Below the pieces are notes generated by a model. The model was not told the origin of the DNA. It ran no database searches and saw only the letters and a list, made by a program, of their open reading frames with translations. DNA of 64,000 bases from the NCBI GenBank assembly GCA_963924565.1, contig OZ004612.1, positions 12,276,001-12,340,000 on the forward strand, in the 5' to 3' direction. A program made the position numbers and the translations under genes. The DNA is from Ascidiella aspersa (lineage: Eukaryota). This document shows, piece by piece, positions 24,501 to 35,008 of the stretch; position 1 is the first letter of the stretch, and every line of letters starts with the position of its first letter.

Positions 24501-25998
24501 GTTTAAAAGCGAAAAAAAAAACACTTCGAAAAAAGTTTGATATTAATAAATCTGGCTACATTTGCATAAGGGTCTACTATTCTTAATTTGTACCAGAACA
24601 CTCGAAGAGTGATCAGGGCAAGGGAAGAGAGGACCGTGCTCTGTAAACAAATATTGTTGTCGAGAAAAAAAAAAACACTTTGAAAAAAAGGTTGATAATA
24701 AATATGTTCACATTTTTCCTTCGTTTTGATTTATACCGGAACACTCGAAGAGTAATCAGGACAAGAAAACAGGGGGGGGGGGGGGGGGGGTTATCGTCAA
24801 AACGTCAAGCACAATTCGATTTAGCCCGAATTCCAAGGCCAACAGCAGCGACAAAACAACAACTCCTCGTTTCAGTTTCACCGACCTTTTTCAGGTGCTT
24901 GGTGCTGGGCGGAAGGATGTGCGCGTCCCTGCGGTCGGCGGCGGCAAGGGCGATGTTCTGCCGCTCTCCGTCGTCCTCATCGCCCAGCGCCTGATCCAGG
25001 GTCGACGCGCTGCCGAAGGCTCGAGCCGCCGACGCCATCTTGGGTCTGGCGTGGTCGGCGGCGTCGAAGCTCGCTGAAAGATAGTCGGAGCTGCGCGAGG
25101 CTCGCTTTTCGCTTCGCGCGTCGCTGCTCGATCTCTGGCGGTCCAGCTTGCCGCGAAAGAGCGTCACCGTTTCGACCGACGGCGGCGGCATGGCGCTCTT
25201 GTCGCGCGCCTCGCTCGAGACGCCGTCGGCGCCGCTGTCCGAGTTCAGCGACGTGTTGGAGCGGTGTAGGTGGCTGTCGAGGCGAGGCAAGCCGTTTAAT
25301 GCGCGAGGGTGTTCGGCCTGCTGCTTGTAGGGAAGTCTTCCAGCGCGTGTAAGTGAGGCCGAGCGCTCGTCGTCGTCTAGGGATGGGGCTTTAGTGGGAG
25401 ATGGTCGAGTTTTCTCGGCGCGGAGGTGCGAATCCTCATTGCTGCCGACTTTCAGCTCGTTTATTTCGCACGACGCCGACTTGGAGCGCGACTTGATGCT
25501 GCCACTGCTTCCGCTGTGGTGCGAGCGTATATCGATAGCGGCCGAGGCGGCGTGTTGGTGGCCTTTGCTGGGCAGCGTGTAGGTCTTGTGATGTGGGTGC
25601 TGGTACAGGTCTGCGTCCAGCTCCTTGCTTGCCGGGCGCGAGCGGGGTTTGACCCACGTCTGGCCGTACTTGCTGTAGGCGTTCGAGCCCGGGTCCTTCC
25701 AGCCGTAGGCGCCCGAGCCGGATCCCGACGAGCGAGGGTGGTGCTTGTCAGGGCTTGACGACCTGCGGCGCGCCTCCTTCTGCGCTTGCTGGTGAGTGAG
25801 TAAGTCGCCGTTCGAGAGTCCGATCGAGTTGTAGAACTCCTTGGCACGGCGGGCCTTGTCTCGGATCCGGTCCAACTCGCCCGACTCGCCGGCCGGGGGG
25901 TTAGTGGGGGTCATAGGTCCCCCGCCCCTGGGATTAGTGCTTGGTTGGCCGCCTAACGTACGGTTTGTAGTTGCGATGTAGCGCGGGCGTTCGGCCAT
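509..25998 (-). CDS. SIPA1L: SIPA1-like (SPA-1/SPAR family) Rap GTPase-activating protein, 24 coding exons in window, 3' end beyond left edge
   Basis: Joined exons (minus): 25998-24886, 24477-24297, 23883-23728, 21407-21290, 20565-20469, 19521-19317, 17668-17541, 16979-16785, 12965-12791, 12426-12323, 11533-11376, 10535-10385, 9514-9297, 8549-8301, 7714-7561, 7044-6929, 6170-6009, 5650-5571, 4694-4549, 3502-3385, 2703-2574, 2000-1792, 1126-1019, 578-509. All are GT-AG with consistent phases and no stops. Family motifs: [63 protein letters not shown] (Asn thumb), [12 protein letters not shown]...[14 protein letters not shown]. Confidence 0.95.
1019..1126 (-). CDS. SIPA1L: SIPA1L exon 23 (symmetric, 108 nt)
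   Basis: ccgtag acceptor, CAG|GTAACA donor, phase 1 to 1, open. Confidence 0.65.
1792..2000 (-). CDS. SIPA1L: SIPA1L exon 22
   Basis: Open in phase 2 (…[12 protein letters not shown]…); donor GTGAGT. Confidence 0.75.
2027..2215. mobile_element. Truncated copy of the GAGCCAT-family hAT MITE
   Basis: About 190 bp co-linear with 22012-22195; right end missing. Confidence 0.85.
2574..2703 (-). CDS. SIPA1L: SIPA1L exon 21
   Basis: SLSTDSGL motif; donor AG|GTGAGA. Confidence 0.8.
3385..3502 (-). CDS. SIPA1L: SIPA1L exon 20
   Basis: [10 protein letters not shown] resembles the SSNTLSS motif of the SIPA1L C-terminal region. Confidence 0.82.
4549..4694 (-). CDS. SIPA1L: SIPA1L exon 19
   Basis: ctccgcag acceptor; [18 protein letters not shown]...; donor GCG|GTGGGT gives phase 0 into exon 20. 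Confidence 0.7.
4727..5044. mobile_element. hAT MITE (GGGTGCCG family)
   Basis: TIR CAGTGGTTCTCAA / TTGAGAACCAATG; perfect TSD ggttagat. Confidence 0.92.
5571..5650 (-). CDS. SIPA1L: SIPA1L exon 18
   Basis: tttcag acceptor, GTAAGT donor; needed to keep phase between exons 17 and 19. Confidence 0.75.
6009..6170 (-). CDS. SIPA1L: SIPA1L exon 17
   Basis: [10 protein letters not shown]...; phase 2 to 2, donor GTGAGT. Confidence 0.85.
6929..7044 (-). CDS. SIPA1L: SIPA1L exon 16 (PDZ C-half)
   Basis: [38 protein letters not shown]. Confidence 0.95.
7561..7714 (-). CDS. SIPA1L: SIPA1L exon 15 (PDZ N-half)
   Basis: TKGSET...[16 protein letters not shown]...[10 protein letters not shown]. Confidence 0.93.
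8301..8549 (-). CDS. SIPA1L: SIPA1L exon 14
   Basis: CLMGMS...[13 protein letters not shown]...VYYGRGE...EIIVR. Confidence 0.92.
9297..9514 (-). CDS. SIPA1L: SIPA1L exon 13
   Basis: [14 protein letters not shown]...GALSWHV. Confidence 0.93.
9614..9769. mobile_element. Palindromic Penelope-like remnant with hammerhead ribozyme motifs
   Basis: About 76-bp arms with a 4-nt loop; each arm has stem II-GAAACGT(C/A)GG; flanked by 12-bp direct repeat tatgtttacgca (9567, 9769). Confidence 0.7.
10385..10535 (-). CDS. SIPA1L: SIPA1L exon 12 (RapGAP domain)
   Basis: [15 protein letters not shown]...[14 protein letters not shown]. Confidence 0.96.
11376..11533 (-). CDS. SIPA1L: SIPA1L exon 11 (catalytic Asn thumb)
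   Basis: [20 protein letters not shown]...[13 protein letters not shown]. Confidence 0.96.
11656..11942. mobile_element. hAT MITE (GGGTGC family)
   Basis: TIR CAGGGTTTCTTAACC / GGTAAGAACCACTG; degenerate TSD. Confidence 0.75.
12323..12426 (-). CDS. SIPA1L: SIPA1L exon 10 (RapGAP domain)
   Basis: [35 protein letters not shown]. Confidence 0.96.
12791..12965 (-). CDS. SIPA1L: SIPA1L exon 9 (RapGAP domain)
   Basis: [21 protein letters not shown]...FRGGLDVK. Confidence 0.96.
13470..14430. mobile_element. Old, degraded hAT element (GGACCCC-related end)
   Basis: CAGAGGTTCTTAAA end after tacTAaac; GACCCC/GGTCCATGGA motifs as in 14986-15234; right boundary uncertain. Confidence 0.4.
14986..15234. 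mobile_element. hAT MITE (GGACCCC family)
   Basis: TIR CAGGGGTTCTT / AAGAACCCCTG; perfect TSD gtctaaac. Confidence 0.92.
16432..16733. mobile_element. hAT MITE (GGGTCGC family)
   Basis: TIR CAGTGTTTCTCAAGC / GCTAAGAAAAACTG; repeated GGGTCGC; degenerate TSD. Confidence 0.78.
16785..16979 (-). CDS. SIPA1L: SIPA1L exon 8
   Basis: [13 protein letters not shown]...[17 protein letters not shown]...QLVKVDEQ; donor GTAAGT. Confidence 0.95.
17541..17668 (-). CDS. SIPA1L: SIPA1L exon 7
   Basis: [22 protein letters not shown]...YRVIVRTSE. Confidence 0.95.
19046..19277. mobile_element. Long-TIR MITE, copy 1 (left terminus lost)
   Basis: 23-bp perfect inverted repeat 19046-19068 / 19212-19234; homologous to 30190-30388. 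Confidence 0.75.
19317..19521 (-). CDS. SIPA1L: SIPA1L exon 6
   Basis: [10 protein letters not shown]...[18 protein letters not shown]. The acceptor lies in a tandem repeat, so the 5' boundary is less certain. Confidence 0.85.
19495..19815. repeat. Tandem repeat, 4 x ~83 bp, spanning the SIPA1L exon 6 acceptor
   Basis: GGCTGTTGGCTCC..GCCCACCTTTTT.TAGACA.ATAT repeated with spacings 84, 79, 86. Confidence 0.9.
20469..20565 (-). CDS. SIPA1L: SIPA1L exon 5
   Basis: [14 protein letters not shown]; donor CAG|GTGAGA. Confidence 0.92.
21290..21407 (-). CDS. SIPA1L: SIPA1L exon 4
   Basis: [14 protein letters not shown]...NDLVS; donor GTAAGT. Confidence 0.88.
22012..22449. mobile_element. hAT MITE (GAGCCAT family)
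   Basis: TIR CAGGGGTCGGGAACC / GGTTCCCCAACCCTG; perfect TSD ggctaaga. Confidence 0.92.
23728..23883 (-). CDS. SIPA1L: SIPA1L exon 3
   Basis: Conserved [11 protein letters not shown] and [12 protein letters not shown] motifs. Confidence 0.92.
24297..24477 (-). CDS. SIPA1L: SIPA1L exon 2
   Basis: tttacag|[10 protein letters not shown]...[18 protein letters not shown]...|gttcgt; phase 0 to 1. Confidence 0.85.
24469..24771. repeat. Tandem duplication (~160 bp) spanning the SIPA1L exon 2 acceptor
   Basis: CTGTAAACAAATAT at 24478 and 24641; GAACACTCGAAGAGT at 24596 and 24739. Confidence 0.85.
24772..24790 (+). repeat. Poly-G tract (19 G)
   Basis: Direct read. Confidence 0.9.
24886..25998 (-). 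CDS. SIPA1L: SIPA1L first coding exon (Ser/Arg-rich N-terminus)
   Basis: 371-codon GC-rich ORF from ATG. Donor AAG|GTCGGT at 24885. Acceptor TTGCAG at 26178 puts the exon start at 26177, so a non-coding exon or trans-splice lies upstream. Confidence 0.85.
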
Positions 25999-28900
25999 CT
26001 TTATTTTTAGTCGGGTTCTTGTTGTTCTTGTTTTCTTTTTCGTAGCTCGGTCGACGCGTTGTGCGTTACCGGGAATGTTGGTCCATCGTTGGGCGCTGGT
26101 CGTTGGTGCGTTTCGTCAGTTCAGCGCTTAGTTTTTCTTTTATTTTGGTCCCTATGCTGGTTATGTTTGGCCTAAGTCTGCAAGAGTAAAATTTAAAATA
26201 AAAATTTCGTGAATTGTGGGTTCAAGTCAAGGAATGCAAGTTGCATTGGAATAAAATTAATAAAATCCTAAGGAAAACAGTGAATAGAATAAAAATAGTA
26301 AATCCTCAAAACCAGAATTAGGGCTACTAAACTAAACTAGTAGAACATTTTTTTTTCAGGTCCAGTTAAAGCGGTTGCATCCATTAGATTCTAATCGGAT
26401 AAATAATTAGAATAGTGCTAAAGCTACAACAACTGGGAGGCACAGGGCGATTTATTATTGTGCTCGTCAGCTTGCGGGAAAATCTGTCTCTTTTTCAGTT
26501 ACTCCAAAAATCACATATAATCGTACCGCTTTTTTTAAGTAAACTAGTAAACTGAACATTTGTTTAGGTCCACACTCAACATTCAAAGATTCGATAACAG
26601 CAATAAGCCAGTTAAGTAGTCCTTAACCAAACCATCAAACAACAGTAGTAATAAATAAACACCTTAGGATCTGTAACTGGTGTCGAAAAGTCAAACATAA
26701 ATAGAAGCAGATTAGTCGTTCACAACAGGCCAAGCCAAAGCAAGATGATCAGAGGTGGTTATTTAACTGTATTATACACAGCGCAAGGGGATAGATTGCA
26801 AATAAATCTCACAAAAAAAACAAACTTTTTTTAAAAAGCTAAATGAGTGGCAGTTTGTTGATTTGACCGTACCAGCAGGCAGTAGCAAAAAAGGAGTTAC
26901 AAAAATAGGCATTTGCGCGTGAATGCTGGAGCGCGTCGGTATTCGGGTTCGCCGCTCAGCGATATTATGATAACAGTCGCGACCGAAAATAAACATGACG
27001 GCCAGATTTCGGGACGATACAGGGGCAAGTGTTTGTCTAGACTCCAGAGTCAAGCTAGGTAGGGAACGACCGGATAGCGCAAACAAAAGCGCCACAAAAA
27101 GACAATCCCTCGCGACCTGGCTTCGTTCCTTGCTGGTCCTTATGGGTTGATCTAGCCGTGGAAGAAAGCGCTATATTTACATTTAACCTAGGATTATGGG
27201 AGGGACGCATCTAAATAGTTTGAATATATTTCTTTGCACTCCCAAAAGTTTGCGTGTTTACCACATTTTCTTGTTACAAACGCAATCTAATCGAAAAACG
27301 CCATTTACCTGAAATTGAAAGTTAAGGCTTGGTTAAGTCAGGCTCGGGGTATGTTGTTTGATCCAAAATCGACGATATGAATAATAAAAAAACAGTTTAC
27401 AAAATATATTTCCTGCATAATGATCTAGTGTTCAAATATCTACAAATGTGAATGAAGCGCGGTTCCAGTATTTACCAGTCGGCAACTGCTAAAATGAAGG
27501 CATCTGCTAAACTTTGTTTGAATCTTGCAGATTTTAAAAGCAAAAACCCAAGACACCCTAAACCTAAAGTGACTTCGCAGTGAGAGGGATAAATAAAAGG
27601 GAATTCGTGTCATAGGTTTACCAAAAGGAAAAATCGGCGAGATGCAAATCGTCGCGCAACAATTCGCGATAACAGCAACCGGTCATCAATTTTAAGGCTC
27701 AACAATTGACGTGCTGGTACTTTTACACACAACAGAGCGGGGGAAAGCATCTTCACAGTGCATTTCCTCATATAGTTAATTTCAGAGAAACGTCAATTCA
27801 GTACTAGAAGTCATTTAAATATTGCGCATAATGACATACTACAATTAGGCAAAAACGTTAAAGACGAATACACAAAGGCCCGTGACATCAGATAATGTTA
27901 ATTTGGACAAGCTTAACAGAAATAATTTCAATTTCATCCTATTAGGACGAGCTCGGCGACAACAAAATGCCTTTTTAATTAATACGCCGCGGCATTAGCT
28001 AGGAATATGAAGCAAAAACAAAATTATCTGATGGGCGCATCAAATAGTTCTTAAAGGTACATTTCCATTCTGCTGACAAGACAAATTCGAATCAGTACTT
28101 TGAGCGGGGGCTTAGCTATCAGAACAACACACACCGCATGTCACTATATCCTTTCCTGATTAGAAGGGAGGTATTCGAAAAACGGCTGTGGCACTATAAA
28201 GTCAGGTGGTCATATCAAACAAGGTTCGTTTCGTCTGTTCAACAAACGGTTGAACCAGGGTCCTGCTAGGAATGTACACTTAGAAACAGTACCATCTGCT
28301 GGCTGTCTTTCACAGGACTTAATCTATCATAGAGCAGCTTGCGCTTGGACGTACATAAGCCGGCATTGCTGATAAAAAAAACAGGCAGATGACCCTTCGA
28401 AACATCCGTTAAAATAAACGTTTTGGAAAAATCGCTCGCGGGTGGCATCTCAAGACACTCTCAAATGAAGTTGTTATTGCATTGAAGTCGCTCAATTCAC
28501 ATTTTTTGAGTTGTTAAATTGCTGGTTCCTATATATAAGTTGTTAAAGGCGTTTGTCCCTTGAACTTATTGAGTAGAGACAGAAGGCTCAGGTGGCTGTG
28601 TTTTTATATTAGTGCAAATTCAATACGTTGCGTAAATTCATCGGACACGCAAACGATAAACTTAACCGGATTCCGTTTTCGAAAAGAAAATCGGCATTGT
28701 ACACCTGACCAAGAAGCAAAACCTGCAACCAGCCGCGGAACAACAACAGCATTAAGAATGACTAGAAAGGCAAATTTGGGCCGACAAGTCCCCTCTGGCG
28801 TGCGTTGCCATGTATCTAACTCACGCCCGACCGCGATAAGGTCGTGTAATCTCGCCAAACCGCGAGCCACTTTGAGACGGGGTTACGTCACAAGTTTGGA

Positions 28901-30189
28901 CCTCGGTTGCTGGCTTGGTTGCTGCTTTATTTTGCGGCGCCAAATTTCGACTGTTGTCCTCAAAATTGTGTAGAAATGAAGAGCGGGTCTTGGTTTTCCG
29001 TGCCTTTGCGAAGACAACTTGGAAAAAAAATCGCAGGCCGGATTATCATTTTTCAACAGTAACTTTAATTCTATTATTTTAAAAGTATGTTATTGAAGGA
29101 TGATATACACATGAATGACTTGGCAGTGAGTCAACTGTGGGCGCATTAAAAGGGACCGGCTTACGCACAACAGACATCGCGGAAAAGCGGCTTGGGATGA
29201 TTATTGGGAGGCAAAAACATCACAGATAGCTTATGATTAAGTGTACAGTGCTGAGTGATGATGTGCTCATTCACTGGCTTTCCTTTTTGACATCACTCGG
29301 CGCTTGTAGAACATACGAGCGGTTTACTAACTTAGGGTGTGCAAAGGGGTACCCAAGCACAAATCCAAGCCTTGGCTAGATACTGTTTGTCACAATTTGT
29401 AGCCTATGTCTGTCGGAATTCAGGAAAATCAGCAATACATGATTCATTTTTGTTGTTTCGATAAAAAATGTGACTATGACGTCACTCGTCGTGCCTTATT
29501 TTTGCGTTTCGTGGGAATAATGGCTATTTCGATTGTGTTTGTGTTTGGGGGATACGCATTTAAAGTTCTCCGAAACGTTTATAAGTAAAACCATATAGCT
29601 AAATCTAATTAATGTTAATGCCGCTTTTCCGTTTTGCCTCTTTTTATTGCCCACTTTGGAAGAGTTCTGCGAAGAGAACCTATGTTGTTTACGAGGAAGG
29701 GTACTCCTATTGGCAAAATAAGGGGCCGCTTTGATAAAGGCAACGGTTAGAACTCAGCATTGCGTCGGTTTTTAAAAAAATGTCTGGCCGAGGCGATTTC
29801 TCACGCGGACAAATCGACGTATTTACGTGAGTCACGATTCATTGGAGGAAACCGGCGAAGCGTAGTGAGATTTTTTTCGAACGTAAACATTACAGCGGCG
29901 AAAAATCGAGCGGCATTTGTCGATCGGCCCAGGTTGCATTTTCCAGGTTGGCGATTTTTTATGCTTGGACCCTGGAGAGCCGGTACCACACTAAATTTTA
30001 CAGTTGGTAGCTCTTTTAGAACAACACATTAAACTAACATACAAAAAATATATCGTTAAATCACCTCTTACATCAAACGGATTGGCCTTACATTTGGAAA
30101 TGAATGAATTAATGGCCATAATAAGCTAAAATGTCGGCGGGACATTTATATGGATAGTTGTTTTAAGGTACATCGGAACATCGTTATTT

Positions 30190-30388
30190 GGGTACACTAT
30201 GCACGGATCTGTAATGTAATTTGATAATAAAATGCAAAGCCAAAAAGAACGAGTATATCGACATCATCTTAATTAAGACGTTTCGATACGAGCTTGTATG
30301 ACACTAACTGAATATGATGTGACCTTTTTGGCTTTGCAATTTATTATCAAGTTACATCGTATTTAACATCGGATTCCTGAAACACCAA
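30190..30388. mobile_element. Long-TIR MITE, copy 2
   Basis: TTGATAATAAAATGCAAAGCCAAAAAG inverted pair; left terminus GGGTACACTATGCACGGATCTG matches the reverse complement of 19255-19277. Confidence 0.75.
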
Positions 30389-33300
30389 GGCATAACAAGG
30401 AATAGGCATCGATTACTAACAAATATAAACTAACCCAATTTTCTGCCATGTTATCAACAGCCTCAATTGATGACGACACTTATTTATATTTTCACACAAA
30501 CCCACGCCCTATTGTGAGCAGTCGTGCGGTCGCACCTCCGCGGCTTGGAGGCTTTTCGGGGATTTACAGAGGATTTCCAACGCTCAGGATTTTCGCGCGG
30601 ATCAGTTGGTTTGGCGAAAATTTCCAGTTTACTTTACGCTGCCATTTAAAGTCGGCGTGCTGCAATATTTCAAATGCATCGGAGCTTTGAGTGTTTACTC
30701 GGTAATCCACATAGTCTTGCACAGAAAATAACAAGGAATAAAACCTAAAAGATAAATTACACATTTGCTGTTTACGCTGCCTATTTACACCCAACTTGCA
30801 GAAGCAAAAGCGTAAATTTTCTACGGTTAAAAGCAACTAAGGAATCGTAAAGAGCACATCACACTGCTGCTGCAATATTTTGACGTCTTAAAGTGAACGG
30901 TTTAAACTTTCTAAAAAAATGTCCGACATGGGCGGTGGACAGCTTCTAACTAAACGCTAATGCCTTTCAAAACACCAACTTTTACTTGAAAACGATCAGT
31001 CATCGCTGACAGTCTGTCCAGTCTGGCAAAGCTACTATAAGGAAATAGGCCATAGCAGACACATCTAGTAATATGGTACACAATACAATCACATAAATCC
31101 TGAATACACTGTTATAAATACGGTCCATCTATTTAAAGACAAAGCCTTCGCAACTGCCAATAAAACGTAACGATAAAGAGTAGCAAATAAACTGATAATG
31201 CTATCACTGTAGCGCTGGATATGTGATAATGGAAATAACCTTGGCCCTCGCAAGATAAATGTCGACCTTAGTTTCTGATCAGTAACAGCAGAATACTTAA
31301 AGCTAGCAATTCAGGACAAACACTATTAAAAGATCCTTATATATAAATATATTTGGCCAGCAAAGCCATCTTTAAAATATCTCATTCAAATAGAATCTAT
31401 TGTCACTGTATTTGGGAGCGAGCACGCCTGCATATGGCGCAATTAGAGAGAGGCGTGTGGCCCTAATCGCGATCCATCCCGGCATAGTGCGGGAGGGGGA
31501 GGGGGGCGTGTTTAATGAACTAAACATCGATTTCCGATCAGGCGTGTCGAGCTACGGGCGCACGTGCACTTAAGCTTCGATTACGAAAAAAGTTGAGCAT
31601 GTGCTTTTTTTCGTTTGGCCATGAGGTTTCAACTTTGAACGTTTAAGATAATGTGCAAGATAAAACATAGTATTACGCCCATCGCAGGACCGAAACTGGT
31701 TAATATAGGATTGGTGCGTGAACCCATAGCTTGATGATTAGGTTTACAAAAATCTTTCAGAATTTAATCCTGTTACAAAAATGTGTCGTTTTCACCTAAT
31801 TTAAGTGACCAAAACTCCAAAACCGCATGGACAAAAGCAGTCCTCGAAATGTTCGGAAGGCTGGTAAGTTTAATACGTGAGCTTATACAGACCAGCAGCA
31901 GCCTGGGTACCATACATCGACTTATGAGGTGCCTTTCTGGATCCTATACAAACCATATTAAGGCAGATACATTTAGCAACTGGATATGATCCAAAATTTC
32001 ACTCAACTTACCCTGAACAAACTGCTGGCGGAGTGAAAATAGAAGAGACCTTTAATAAAAGTTTGTCTTTTACATTAACTGTACCACATGGGGTGATTTT
32101 GCTCGCAAAAGTTATGAGGAAAAAAGTCCACTTGAAAACACCGACAGATTGCATAATTAAACGTCGAACGGATTAGAACAGCAATCGTGCCAACAATCAG
32201 CAACGCGCATGAACAGAAAACGCCAAAGTCTGGCCGACATCTGGCCCACAAGCAAATAAACTCGACGGCGCGATTACAAAGAGCGCGGGAAGCAAACGGA
32301 TAGTGTTACACATTTAAACGCGCGATCATTCAATGTAGTGCAGATGCCGGGAACGGCAAAAATGTTCGTCGCAATGCAATTACACGTGGTCGCACGCGCG
32401 CGAGACGGAATAAGAATAGTTGCGTTCAGTGAGACGCGACTCACGAGCGTTACGCAACCAATGACATTTAAAGAGATAATTAACTTTTTAGGAGCTAAAG
32501 CACTTTTCTGGACATTGCTTAAATAAGCTGCGTGCCGCCAACTCGGTTTCCAACTTTTAGTATTTCTCCTAATCGCAGGCCCAGGGTTGCAACCTGTCTG
32601 AGATTATTAAATCGTACTGCGATGAGACTATAGGTCTTTCATCGCGTACCCCAAACATATAACTCCGTCAACATTTTATCACTGTGGTTCTTCAAAGGTG
32701 GTGTCTGTCTATAGCTGTTGCCTACGTAATTTTCACATCATCCACGGTGGTGCTTAACTGCTTAACATGGTCATGGTGTAGGCATCCCACATTTACCGCA
32801 TTCTGATCTGTAACTGTTTTGTTTCCTTGTTTCTGTGATCATTCTTTTTTCGAAAGGGTCTGGTAACGAGGACATCATCAACGGAATTTGACGGAGCACG
32901 TGGGAGATTTCTTTTACGACTACAGCTTGATCACTGGAAAATAATTGAAATCAATATCCTTTCGTTAGATTTATGTATGTTCACCTTTAAAAAACGATGG
33001 TCATTTAACCAAGTTGTTAAATATGACAAACCCACATTAAAACTAAACTCTTGGCACTTTTTACTTAATGTGCGTACGATTTTTCTTAGTACCAATAGTT
33101 ATACCGTCTCATTAAAAAACGAATAAATTGCTTCAAGCGCAAAAAAGTAAAATACTTGGAAAATTGGGGACTAAATTGCTGACCAATGACCATAGTAAAC
33201 AAATAGCTTAAATAATATTGATTAAATCTACATTTCTGTAAAAGATATAGCATTGTTAATACATAAACGTTTTTATCGCCAAATGTCTTCAAAACGGACT

Positions 33301-34123
33301 TTCTAGGTGTGCCTTTAACAATAAGCGATAACGCAGTAAGGAAACATTAGCACAGCGTGTCAAGTCATGAAGTCCCCGGTAGCGTTTACAAATTTCAAGG
33401 CAAAGCTTTTTCTTGTTGTTCGCGCGCGTTTGGCAGTGCTAAATGGACAAGCGCCAGGCGATGACATTGTCTGATGCTGAAACTGATACCAAACAATGTC
33501 AAAGATTTCAGTTTCTGAGAAGACTTTTTGAATGTGACTCGAAAATCGGGACTTTTCAAGGTATTCGACCAAAGTGATATCTTTCTGCGAAAGTCGTGCT
33601 GAACTTCGTGAAAAACAATTTTCTTACAAAGAGTAAGCTTTAATTACAAATTTGACAACTTGTACTAGCAGTTAAATCACTGCTATTTACGTCGTTATTG
33701 GGGGTAAGGTTAGTTCACAGTAATACACCGTCATTAAGGTCTATTTGTTCTACTTTTACTACCCAACCGTAATTAAAAACTCAAATCTATCATGCAGATT
33801 TACTATTGAAACTTCCGGCTTTTAACATGAACAGCATCTCCTCGTTTACCCATAGAAGGTTCGCTTAGTTCTGGCCTTCCCGGAAGCTTGGCAATTAAAA
33901 CAGGTTGAACAAAATTTAACAAGGAATTATAGTTTAGCGACAAGCCTATGATGCCTGCCAACGCTTATTTAAAGCTGTTTTTGGCGAAATAATATAATAA
34001 TCTTCGGAGCATAATGGTTGGAGTTTGTAGTAAGACGTAATAAGAATATCAAAGCCCACACAGTAGCATTTTGTGAACGTTTCGAATAACTCATTTTCGA
34101 AACGTTCACAAAAAACTACTTAC

Positions 34124-34406
34124 TCCTGTACGGGCTTTAATATGATAATCGTTCTATCAGCATCTTTCAGTGCCAAACTCATCTGCCGAATCAAACAACT
34201 CCTAAATTCTTCGCAACAAAACAACCAGCTTGGTCGTGCTGGCAATCTACTGTACACAGAAGGCGATTGTTTACGCTAATCACCTGGCTAGCCCTTCGCC
34301 ACCCGGTCGCAACATCGCGTTAATAAAGAGAACACACACAGGCTCGCGCAGAAAACTACAGTAAGCCGGCGCTCGGCCGAAGCGGTGGCTAACCACCCTA
34401 TATAAG
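34124..34406 (-). promoter_or_regulatory. Candidate upstream promoter and non-coding first exon of SIPA1L
   Basis: TATATA at 34399-34404 in a CpG-rich patch; GTAAGT donor at 34123-34118, oriented toward the 26178 acceptor. Confidence 0.4.
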
Positions 34407-34454
34407 CGCGGTGACATCGAGCAAACACAATGCTGTCTCATACCGCCGAATCAC

Positions 34455-35008
34455 AGCATAATCTTTGTCACATTGGCCCCTCAATTTAAAGCAGGTTGCA
34501 CGTAAGGCTGCCACTAATTGTCCGTCATCCACACACACCTATAAAAACTCGTTTTAAGCTGTTTTCCCTAGACCGACTACCGTATCCTCAAAAAGGCAGT
34601 AAATTGTGTTTTAAAGTGCCTTTAAGCAGGCGACAAGCATAATATTTAACACCCTGGCCGCTCAATTTAAAGCAGGTTGCATGTAAGGCTGCCACTAATT
34701 GTCCGTCATCCATAGACACCTAAAACAACTCGTTTTAAACTATTTTCCCCCTTGACCGGCTACCGAATCCTTAAGGAAGTTAGTAAACTGCGTTTTAAAG
34801 GCCTTTACGCAGGCGACAAGCATAATTTTCGTCACCCTAGCGGCTCAACTTTTTTGCACGTAGGTAGGTCTGCCACTAATTGTCCGTCATCCGCAGACAC
34901 CTTAAAAAAACTCGTTTTAAGCTATTTCCCCCCTGGCCTGGCTACCGTGTTCTGAAGAAAAGTAGTAAACTGCGTTTTAAAGTGCATTTAAGCTGGCGAC
35001 AAGCATAA
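34455..35008. repeat. Tandem repeat, 3 x ~181 bp
   Basis: Units begin near 34481, 34662 and 34844; shared core CTGCCACTAATTGTCCGTCATCC...CTCGTTTTAA...GGCGACAAGCATAAT. Confidence 0.92.

Noticed and set aside
24895-25847. Antisense and alternative-frame ORFs in the first SIPA1L exon
   Set aside because: Expected shadows of GC-rich coding sequence.
31583-33500. Short hairpins (31583, 32418, 33463) as pre-miRNAs
   Set aside because: Stems are too short (about 40 nt total) and I recognise no mature miRNA.
19495-35008. Tandem arrays (19.5 kb, 34.5 kb) as CRISPR-like repeat-spacer arrays
   Set aside because: Whole units are homologous with no unique spacers; eukaryotic context; no cas genes.
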